A DNA stretch of 64,000 nt from Macrostomum lignano. Its lineage: Eukaryota. Position numbers and translations under genes: made by a program. Shown piece after piece: positions 11,201 to 22,074 of this stretch. The stretch is taken from contig NIVC01001391.1 in assembly GCA_002269645.1 (NCBI GenBank), positions 186,001 through 250,000 of the forward strand. The letters run 5' to 3'. Below the pieces are notes generated by a model. It did not search any database. It had not been told where the DNA came from and worked only from the letters and a program-made list of their open reading frames with translations. Numbering within the stretch: position 1 is the stretch's first letter; each line of letters opens with the position of its first letter.

Positions 11201-14200
11201 GAGCGGTCGCTTGCCCCCCCCCCCAACTCCCGGAATGGAAAGTTGATGAGATGAGCAGCGGATCCCTATACTCGTACCAACTGAGAAGCTGAGCATCCCG
11301 GCCCCATCATCATCAACACTTCACCTAAAATGCCGTCACGCAATAAAAAAAGCCGAGAAAATCTCCTATTTTTGTTTACAAGACGGCTTGAGCTCGGGAA
11401 TGACTGATGCGTGTTTTGCTGAACTCAAATTGGGAACTAACAAGGAATGACTTGGCTGATTTGGCTGACTCACTCTCGATAGCGCAGCTCAAGTGTGACT
11501 GCAAACCCCGCTGCATCTTAAGCAACATCATCATCTCACGCGATGAGATCAGGACAGGCCGGCCTGATGAATCCAATTGAACGGCTAAGAAGGCCGGAGA
11601 GGCAGCGGGCTGGGCTGGGCTCCAATAATGCGATTCCAACCGAAGCCCCCAGAGCCGGGGCCTCCCTAATCAACAATCAGGGCCCGCCTGGCTTGCTGCG
11701 CACCTTTAATGAGAGAGCCGGGCCGGGGCCGCAGCGAATTCTCCCGAATTCCCCCCTCCTCAGTATCTCCCCTTCCCACTGCTTGAAGAATTTATTCCAG
11801 CGGGCCACAGGAATAATGACAACAAATATCCGCCAACAGCGGTCAAAGTTTCAAGCCTTCAATCGCCGCAGCCGAGATCTTCAGCCACGATAGACAGTGG
11901 GTGTGGGGGAGGGGGGGGAGCGGCAAATAAAAAAGTCCAAAAAATGCAAGTCGGAATCCCCAGCCCGCTAAGAGGCTTGGCATTTGAAAGCTGTAGAAAA
12001 ATAAACTGCGCGCGCGCACACACGGAGACAGCTGGATGGAAAGATTTCCCTAGATGGGATAAACTTTTTTAGGATTCTAAGTAAGCCGAATGGAGACTGG
12101 CACTGCCGTAAGCATTGCTATCGGACAATTGTCAGCAGGCTAGCTGAAAGATGAGTCTGAGTACAACTGGCTGACTAAATAACTCAATATTTATGGCGAT
12201 ACTCACCTGATATTTGAATTCCCTAGCCGCAAACAATGGGAATTCGCTGCTGCTGCTGACAGGTGCCAAGTCGGGACAGGCGCATTGGAGACAGACAATT
12301 AGACAGTCAGGCCGAGTTGAACTGGGAAACTTGAACAGCTGCAGCCGGTTGGAATAGTCGAGATGAAGGAGGCGGTGAATTAGGAGGCTGGGCTGGCGGT
12401 AGAAGCATTTTGTAGTGCGGCGAACGGCGGGGGCCGAAGCCTCCGCAGAAATTGGCTGGCCGGCCGATAGCAAATTGCAGGGCATGGCCGCTGGCTGCTG
12501 ACGCTCTGGGGGGCTTGAGGCGGCTATTCTGAGTCCGAGAAGAATGGAGCCGGGAGTTTGGGACAGAGCAGCAGATTAATGCCAGAGTCCCAGCCTTCCC
12601 TCCCAGCAGCGATAATGGATGCAGCTGTGAGGCTGGAAAAAGAGAATAATGGGGGGGAGTTGAGGGCTAGAGCAGCTGGGGGAGAAAAAGCATGTCCCTG
12701 GCCGAGGGGACTATGCAGCGTCATGCGGCGACACAGTTTTTAAGTACCTGGCAGCCAGACAGAACTCAGGTACTAAAATAGAGAGAACTGGCAGCTAAGG
12801 GTTCTCACAGCGGAAGAAAGAGAACAGTTCCTTCCGCATCCTCTGCCTGAGCAAATAGGCCTGAACTATAGTGGCAAAGTGGCTTCCCTTCTGCGTTGTA
12901 GCCCCAGTCAAAAGCGCGGATTGGTTACACTTTTACAAGCACTTTATCCATTGAAAATGACAAGGCACAGTGTGGGCTTTCTCGTGTCTAAACTAAAGCA
13001 GGCAACGGTCTATTGGGAAGCTGAACAGATTTTATAGCCCGTGTAATTCAACTGCTATGTGCACTTGCATTCTTACTGCAAGTAGTAGATAAAGAATTTA
13101 TAAATACGTGGTTATCAATTATTTAGTCTATAGATTATTAAAGGCCTACCCCGAAAATCAACAAGTTTGTAGTCATTAAAAAGTGAAAATCTCTACTTTC
13201 AATTGACTACAAAAGTGTTGTATATCAAAGAAGACCCCTAGAAAAATGTATTTCAGTGACCACATATGTTTAATGAAATTGGCAGATGTGCAAGCTGAGA
13301 TATTTATATATTGAAAACAATTAACTCATTTCAAGTATTTTTATTTACCTTAAAAGGACATTCCTTAAAGTACAAACCTAATTAAGAATATGTTTCATAC
13401 ACTCACTTTGAGGAGCACCAGAATAAACTTATTGATTTTTAATCTATCAATATCAGTACCTCATCTTGCATCTCTGCCAAATTTTATTTCAAGGCCAAGC
13501 ACAAAAATATTGTTGGGAACCTTATGCCAATTAAGTGTTTTAGTAAATTGTATGCCAATAAAAATTGTCTGATTAACAAGCACAAAAACAATGCAACAAG
13601 TAATAGATGTAGCAAATAACTGGAAAAAATGAAACCCCATTTAAAAAATAAAAATATTAGTAAAACGAAATAGTAACAAATATTGATTAAAGTATATCAT
13701 TTACTAGCAAGTAGCAACTATAAAAATTTTTAGTATATAATTTGAAAACTTAGTTTATTGCATAATTGTAAATTTATCAACAATTCATAATTTTATTATA
13801 GCAAAGGATTGTTTAACAGAATTTATGCAATGATGTCACATAATTCAATGCTTTTTGTATACAAAGCACAAGCCTGAACAAGTATAATTAAGAATTTTAA
13901 GCCAGTATTTTTGCCAGAAAATTGTATTTTCTCTTTGTATACTAGATGTTTACTAGCTAGAATGCTTATACCCCAGAATTTTCCAGCATATACCCTTAGT
14001 TATACCTTTTGCAATATGGACTATGACCAAAAGTAGCTTTAGAGGGGAAGCATACAGAGTATATACTAGAAACCCCTATTAGAAAAAGTTGCTAAATGGT
14101 AGATAGCCATCTGGTACATTTTCAAAATGACCTTATAGTTCAGTGCATTTTGTAAGGCACTGCTTGGCATGGCAAGGCATAGTGCAATGTGACACTTGGC

Positions 14201-14731
14201 ATAGTGCTTTGGAATGCATGTTAAAGTGGCCATACATAGAATAGCCACATATGTATTAAATATAAATTAATAGGAAAATATTGCTACTAAAGTATAAAAT
14301 AAAGTTTTTCAATACAATTTAGGTATGACTAAAAAACTTTAAATAAGTTTAATGGAAATATAAATAATTCATTATATAAATAACAAAGCAACTTTTAAAT
14401 TAGCCCTTTGAATGCAGCACATGTACCTGAGAGAGTGGCCCCTTGGTGCCTTTTTGCTAGACCCTTGACGTGTCTATTCATTTTCAATTTTTTTTAATAG
14501 GACTAGATTTATCAATGAGTCAATCATTTTGATGGCTTTTAGCTATTCTTTTCAAAAGTTATAACAAAACCACAAATTTTCTAAAGCTTTTTGCCAAAAT
14601 GTCTATAGTAAAATGACTTTTTTGCTTAAACTATATTTTGCCAAAATGGCTCCAACTAGTAACACTATATAAACTTCATTGATATTAGGCTATACTCTCA
14701 AATCTAAAATCCCACCTGCCTTGCTAGGATC

Positions 14732-14903
14732 ATGCTTGGGCGCAACCTAAGGATTCACCTGGCCATTTCTATTGGCAACACACACATGTAAGTCGCTATT
14801 GGACGGAATAGTAATCACGTGACTGCTCTCAGCCAATAGCGATTTACATGTGCATGTTGCAATTAGAAACGGCCGGGTGATTCCCAAGGTTGCACATGTA
14901 TGC
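14732..14903. mobile_element. Palindromic MITE-like element, copy 1 (~60-bp imperfect inverted arms around TCACGTGA)
   Basis: Left arm GCAACCTAAGGATTCACCTGGCCATTTCTATTGGCAAC...CTATTGG pairs with right arm CCAATAG...GGTGATTCCCAAGGTTGC. CCACCTGC occurs on both sides (14712-14719, 14903-14910). Confidence 0.75.
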
Positions 14904-14994
14904 CACCTGCTAATATCAAAGTTGTGGTAGAGTTTAACTCTCTTTTTTCTATCTGTTTCTTAGAACTAGTTATCAACTTCTCTCTGATACATTT

Positions 14995-15165
14995 CTGGGT
15001 AGCATCTAATGTATATTCTGGTAGTGTCTAATATATTACTCTAGTAATATATTAATGTTAATGTTAAATAAATAAAATAATTAATGTATTAATATTAATG
15101 TCTAATGTATTGTTCTGGTAGCATTTGATATATTATTTTAGTAGTATCTAATATATGGCCTGAGT
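14995..15165. repeat. Highly decayed short tandem repeat (CTGGTAGCATCTAATGTA-like units)
   Basis: Units ctggtagcatctaatg, ctggtagtgtctaata, ctagtaatatattaatg and ttagtagtatctaata are recognisable. Confidence 0.6.
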
Positions 15166-15411
15166 CTAATATTAGTACATGAATCAATGTTATTGAGATC
15201 TGACACTTCTCATATCTCACCGAGGGTTTTTACAGTGCACTCTTTAGTATGTCTCTATGAATTAGTCCCTAACTCTCTCTTTTAGCAAATTCTCAGAACT
15301 GTTTCCCAGCTTTTTTAGATGAATAAGTTGCTCTTAACTTTAGTCTCTAAGGATTTGTAGATTGAACTGTTATTAGCTTTGCTTGCAACAAATGCTTATA
15401 GACATATAGAC

Positions 15412-15470
15412 CAGGGGTTGGCAACCTCTAGTCTACGGGCCCACAAAGACTTTCTATATGGCCCACAAAC
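15412..15470 (+). mobile_element. Relic left end of a hAT/Charlie-type DNA transposon
   Basis: CAGGGGTTGGCAACCT...CGGGCCCAC resembles Charlie-type termini as I recall them (CAGGGGTCGGCAACC..CGGCCCGCGGGCC). It is preceded by ATATAGAC, fitting the NTNTANAN target pattern. No right end found. Confidence 0.5.
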
Positions 15471-15759
15471 TTCCTTAATCTTAATTATTATAATCCAGCC
15501 TGCACCTTTACTATAACTTTATTTTTTTCCTACAAAAGTTTTGTATACTAAAAATAGAGACTTTCTTTCCTTAGTTGCCAACTTAATTAAAAATTAGCAA
15601 TGAGAAAACTGATTGTGTAAGTGGCTGTTTACACAGTCTAGATAGAGTACATCAGTTCAAACTTTTGAATAGAGTAGAAAAAGGGTAACTGGCAGCAAAG
15701 GAAAGTGAGGTGGTGGCGAGCTAACAATCAATGGGAGTACAAATGTAGTAATGTAGTAA

Positions 15760-16560
15760 AGACCCAGGAATGGATTCTGGAGGGTAAAGACCCAGGGGAC
15801 AGATTTATGCTTGGGTGCAACCTAGGGATTCACCTGGCCATTTCTATTGGCAACACACATATAAGTCACTATTGGATAGAATAGTCACGTGACTACTAAT
15901 AGCCAATAGTGACTTACATGTGTGTGTTGCCAATATTGGCAATAGAAATGGCCAAGTGATTCCCAAGGTTGCACACGTATGCTATGGACAGATTCTAGAG
16001 GGTAAAGACCCAGGGGACAGATTCTAGAGGGTAAAGACCCAAGTGATTGGCAGATTCTGAAGGGTAAAGACCCAGGGCCCAGGGGACAGATTCTAGAGGG
16101 TAAAGACCTAGGGGACAGATTCTGGAGGCTGTGGAGGGGAGGGTAAAGACCTGGGGGACAGATTCTGGAGGGTAAAGACCCAGGGAAGGGGCAGATTCTG
16201 GAGGGTACAGACCCAGGGGACAGATTCTGGAGGGGAGGGTAAAGACCTGGGGGCAGATTCTGGAGGGTAAAGACCCAGGGGACAGATTCTGGAGGGGAGG
16301 GTAAAGACCCAGGGGACAGATTCTGGAGGCTGTGGAGGGGAGGGTAAAGACCCAGGGGACAGATTCTGGAGAGGAGGGTAAAGACCCAGGGGACAGATTC
16401 TGGAGGCTGTGGAGGGGAGGGTAAAGACCCAGGTGACAGATTCTAGAGGGGAGGGTAAAGACCTGGGGGACGGATTCCAGAGGGTAAAGACCCAGGGAGG
16501 GGGCAGATTCTGGAGGGTAAAGACCTAGGGGCAGATTCTGGAGGGTAAAGACCTAGGGTA
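15760..16560. repeat. ~30-35-bp minisatellite (GGGTAAAGACCCAGGGGACAGATTCTGGAG) interrupted by MITE copy 2
   Basis: Tandem units visible. Confidence 0.92.
15806..15985. mobile_element. Palindromic MITE-like element, copy 2, with 9-bp target-site duplication GGACAGATT
   Basis: Homologous to 14732-14903; centre TAGTCACGTGACTA. GGACAGATT at 15797-15805 and 15986-15994; removing the element and one copy restores an intact satellite unit. Confidence 0.82.
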
Positions 16561-17802
16561 AAGTCCCAGTACCCAGTACAAAAAATTGTACCTTATTTCA
16601 AAATTTTATGAATCTGCACCCAAATATGACTCAATTAAATACAAAATTGTCCCTTCACACTGTACCTAAAAATTAAAAGATAGAGACAATTTTTATTTAG
16701 CCCATGTTATCATTTAAAAATACATAATTTTTTGTAGCTGTTAGAAACTAAGATCAGGATTCCAATGAATACAATAACAATCTCAATCTGCAGTAAAAAT
16801 TGTTTTTTTATGGCATCAGTTTCAATAAAACTATCTGGGAGTAGGGGGGCCTAGCGACTAGCTCTAAAGTTTTAATTTTTTCAGGTGGGATCAGATTAAT
16901 AAAAAACGATGAGGAAAAACAAATATAGAAGGATTCTATAGTTGGTATGCTTTAGTCCGTTTTGACGTTTCGTGTGGGCTTCATGAATCATGATTAGAGT
17001 GCCTAATGCATAGCGCGAGCTCGGCGCGTTGCAACACTACATTTAAATATTTGCAAAAAATATAGAGCCACTAATTTAAAATTTAGCAAAAACGCTTCTT
17101 TAAATTAAAAGACTATGGCAACATAGTAGTAGTGATTTTATTGAAAAGGCAAGTGTTTTAATTTGTTTTACTAAGTTTCCTTTACTCACAGAGTGAGTTG
17201 AAAGCCTTTTGAAGCCACTCATTTACTATCTAGATCCTAAAATTATTTAATATACCATTAAATGTTTCAAATGTTTTTGTCTTTGGTAATTGTTTATCTC
17301 TAAGCAGCCAGTGTGTACAAATTTTTCCGTGTTTGACAAATTTTTTGTTGGTGCGCTGTTTTATGGAAAAATATCTACATTTAATTTTGTCTGAATTATC
17401 GTGTTTTTATTTCCGTGGTTAAACCGTCGGCGTCGGGACTCGGGCTTCGATCCTGTGACATCATTTTAGCTTTCATGTCATTACTTTTCACTTCCATTAT
17501 ATCCATGTCACATTTTAATTATCGTATTGTCCTACCTAATAACACGACTTAAAGCATTGTAATAACTGTAAACTGTAAAAACTGTAAAAAGCATTTTTAA
17601 ACTGTAAGTAGTTTTTACAGCCTCTTAGTCTTAGTCTTACGAGTATTTCAACAACATGCTTAACCAGAAATTTTGAATAGGGCGCAGATATTTTGCTTTT
17701 GGTTGTTTATTTATTTGATAAAGTATAGATCCGATTAGCCATAGAAAAACACGCACACGCCCTTTGCACCCCTTTCCTCCCCCCACCTACCTTAATCTGC
17801 TG

Positions 17803-18155
17803 CTATTGTTCAACAATCATGAAAAGTAACCAAATTTTAGGGTACAAAGGTTAAAATTATTTTTTATTATTTCTTGTTCCATGTTAACAATGTTGCATAT
17901 AGCATAGGGGCCTACTATAGCATATAACATATAGCATATAGCATATAACATTATACCCTGCCTAGTAAGCTAAGCTCGCACTATTGTTCAACAATCATGA
18001 AAAGTAACCAAATTTTAGGGTACAAAGGTTAAAATTATTTTTTATTATTTCTTGTTCCATGTTAACAATGTTGCATATAGCATAGGGGCCTACTATAGCA
18101 TATAACATATAGCATATAGCATATAACATTATACCCTGCCTAGTAAGCTAAGCTC
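17803..18155. repeat. Exact tandem duplication of 175 bp (17803-17977 and 17981-18155)
   Basis: The two copies read identically by eye. Confidence 0.9.
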
Positions 18156-19496
18156 ATGTCCTTCTACAGTGTTACTACTTATTATAGCGAGGGAAATTCT
18201 AATGAATGTCAATTTTAACTAATTTTATCCATATCCAAATTCAACTTTTTCACTTTTGTGGAGATCATGTTTAATATTACTAAAAACAAAAAAGAACATA
18301 TTAATCAATGCTTAGCAAGATGGCAGATGCATGCTAGAATCAGATGTGGCCAAAGTTGCCAATTCATGCTAAGCATGCTATATTTTTACTCTTTTCTTGC
18401 ATGTCAAAACAGGCATAAAAATTAAGCATGCTAGACATACATAGAAATATTCCTTAATATGGCATAGCATTTTTGCTAATATATACTAAGCTTCTTTTGG
18501 GGAGTATGACCTATGTCAATATATGTATGCCTAGGCCTAATATATACTTTACTATATGGGCTATTGTCAATTTTTTATATTAATCTTACTATATTCTTTA
18601 ATAAGATAATATACTTTCAATTAGATATGCATATTTTGACTATAGACTTTTGCATTTTGAACAATATCTTATTATTATCATTTTATATTGATATATAAGG
18701 CATTATAGTATTAGTACATACATAACTTAAGTTTTTATATAACTTTTTCATTGAGTGCAAATGTATACCCATATAATATATAAAATACATAAAATGGCTC
18801 TATTAATCATTAATTTAATGAAAGGGTCTATCCTTCAAGATTACTTTTTTATTATTTATTTATAATATCATATTTTTTTAATATTAGTATTACCACTTGT
18901 TTGTTATATTAGTATTAGTGTATTAAACCATTTTTATATTTTTATTTTAATAATGTTTTCCTTGCTATATAATCATAAATAGTTCTAGCTTTTTTATAAG
19001 AGAGCCGATGAAATGTATGTTTTTTGTCTAATTTAAAATAGACATTATAATATGCTTATAATTTAGTTAAGCTAATAAATGTTTATTTTAGTTACTTTAT
19101 TTCTATTGAAGTTTTAGCTAAGGCTTTCTTTAATGTTAATCTTAAGTTTTTTAGTTGTTTTCTTTATTTATATTAAATATAATTATCACTGTATTAATAT
19201 AGTAGCTAAATATTTTTAAGCTTTATTGCTATGTTTTTTAACTTGGTCTTCAAAATACTCTTTTATTATAAATGGACAGTTATAACAGCAATAGAATTAT
19301 TGCTGGTCTTTTAAAATTTAGACAATAATAAAAGCAGACCACTAGGAGGAGTAAATGAGATGGCTTATAAAATTTCTAGATGACCAACTTATGCAATAAT
19401 ATTGCAGAGCTAGTTGTTTTCATCAGCACTCAGAACCAAGCCGCAGTGCAGACTCTCCCAGCCTCCCAATTCATCCGAGACGCCTCATCCAGTCCA

Positions 19497-21869
19497 ATGT
19501 CCAGCGAGAGCTCGCCAGACTCGCCAGCCGCCGCGCCGCCAGTCAGCATCAGCGTCAACTGCATCAGCGTCGGCGCAGGTATGAAGCGCGCGCCCAGCGA
19601 CACGTTCTTTGCTGAGGTGTCGCAGCCGCCCGACCAGCTGGCTGGCCTCCTTGGCAGCGGCGGCAGCTCCGGCGGCTCGCCTGACCGGCGCCTCAGCGAG
19701 CGGTCCAAGAGCGAGGCCAACCTGGTCGAACGGCCTTCGCCGAGGCATCGCACCGCCGCCGACTCCGACGATGGCGACGACGACAACGTCGGCGAGTTGG
19801 CGGGCGTCGCGGCCGATGGGCGCCGAGTTGGCGTCGGCGGTGGCGTCAGCTGCGGCTCCTCTGTTGGCATCGGCGGTGGCAGCGGAGGCGGCGGCCGGAT
19901 CTCGGAGCAGTCGCGGGTGTACTGGGACCTGTCCAAGGCGGGCCTGGCCGACACGGACGAGCCGGGCCGGCCGCAGGCTCGCAAATTTGAGAGCAGCCTG
20001 CCGGCCATCAGGCAGCAGCAGGAGGTCGGCAATCAGTACGTGTTCAGCTCCAGCGCCGAGTCCTTCTCGCAGTGCAACTTCCTGCGCCGCTCCGCCGATA
20101 ACCTGCATGTGAGCGGCATCGCGATTGTCTTTCAGATCAGTGTTTGTCTCACGGGGTGAGCCTCCCATGGATTTCTGCTCCCGAGAGTTGGCCTGACGGA
20201 ACTTTGAGGTTTTCAACAGGAGGACTGCTGAATGTGGCGACTGAGTCAAGAGCAACTGAGTTGGTCACTGATTCAATTGTGACTGAGTTGGTCACTAATT
20301 CAATAGCGACTTGAGTAGGTCACTGATTCAATAGCGACTTGAGTAGGTCACTGATTCAATTGTGACTGAGTTGGTCACTGATTTAATAGCGACTTGAGTT
20401 GGTCACTGATTCAATAGCGACTTGAGTAGGTCACTGATTCAATAGTGACTGAGTTGGTCACTGATTCAATTGTGACTTGAGTAGGTCACTGATTCAATAG
20501 CGACTTGAGTAGGTCACTGATTCAATAGTGACTGAGTTGGTCACTGATTCAATTGTGACTGAGTTGGTCACTGATTCAATAGCGACTTGAGTTGGTCACT
20601 GATTCAATAGCGACTTAGGTTGGTCACTGATTCAATTGTGACTTAGGTTGGTCACTGATTCAATTGTGACTTAGGTTGGTCACTGATTCAATAGCGACTT
20701 GAGTAGGTCACTGATTCAATAGCGACTTGAGTAGGTCACTGATTCAATAGTGACTTGAGTTGGTCACTGATTCAATAGCGACTTAGGTTGGTCACTGATT
20801 CAATTGTGACTTAGGTTGGTCACTGATTCAATTGTGACTTAGGTTGGTCACTGATTCAATAGCGACTTGAGTAGGTCACTGATTCAATAGTGACTTGAGT
20901 TGGTCACTGATTCAATAGCGACTTAGGTTGGTCACTGATTCAATTGTGACTGAGTTGGTCACTGATTCAATAGCGACTTAGGTTGGTCACTGATTCAATT
21001 GTGACTTAGGTTGGTCACTGATTCAATTGTGACTTAGGTTGGTCACTGATTCAATTGTGACTTGAGTTGTTCACTGATTCAATAGCGACTTGAGTAGGTC
21101 ACTGATTCAATAGCGACTTAGGTTGGTCACTGATTCAATTGTGACTTAGGTTGGTCACTGATTCAATTGTGACTTAGGTTGGTCACTGATTCAATTGTGA
21201 CTTAGGTTGGTCACTGATTCAATTGTGACTTGAGTTGTTCACTGATTCAATAGCGACTTGAGTAGGTCACTGATTCAATAGCGACTTAGGTTGGTCACTG
21301 ATTCAATTGTGACTGAGTTGGTCACTGATTCAATAGTCACTGAGTTGGTCACTGATTCAATAGCGACTGAGTTGGTCACTGATTGAATACTGAATAAGAC
21401 TCAGCTAATGCCTTGAGCTAACTCAGCTAACCCCGCCTACTCAAGTGGCTTTGGAACTAATTGCTTCGCCCTTTATGCCAAGGACAGGCGGCATAGAAAG
21501 TCCGAAGCTGATTCGCGGCGCGTGATGCTCACAGTTTTAGTCAAGGGCGGCCTCTCTTTGTCTTTGATGAGTAGCGGGGGCGGGGAAGCCGATTGCTAGG
21601 CAACTAATAGGCGGCGCGTGCAAAAGCCCCGTGAATTCTCAGATTTTCCTTTTTATGCTTCTCATTAGGACAGATTCCGGTGTCTGTCTTTATTATACAT
21701 AGAAGTACTTTTAGCTAAATAGCTATTCATATTTATAGATTTATTGCCGTGTATTATCGAAGCCTTTGGATAGAATTCGCATTGCGCATTTAATTCTCGA
21801 TTTAATTGGCTTGCACTTCTGGGGGCAGGCAAGGAAATCAACTCGGATACAGACAAAATACAGACAGAC

Positions 21870-21910
<41 letters not shown>

Positions 21911-22033
21911 GGCAAACCACAGACAGACAGACAGACAGGCAAACCAGACAGACAGGCAAACCAGACAGACAGGCAAACCAGACAGACAGGCAAACCAGAC
22001 AGACAGACAGACACACAGATAGACACACAGACC

Positions 22034-22074
<41 letters not shown>

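Larger units (their letters stand above)
13000..19420. other. AT-rich, CpG-depleted intergenic island of decayed repeats and transposon relics
   Basis: Abrupt composition change relative to both flanks; very few CG dinucleotides; abundant TA, CTAG and CATA. Confidence 0.85.

Noticed and set aside
8300-12900. Short ORFs upstream of NOS1AP and at 47900-49900
   Set aside because: They have no recognisable domains or coherent exon chains; they are likely UTR introns or regulatory DNA. The GPCR signal exon could not be assigned.
13138-13160. TTAA-AGGCCTACCCC, a possible Kolobok-type transposon end
   Set aside because: No matching inverted right end was found in the window.
20256-21385. CRISPR-like appearance (28-29-bp unit with a hairpin)
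   Set aside because: Units are head-to-tail with no unique spacers, there are no cas genes, and the context is a eukaryotic intron.
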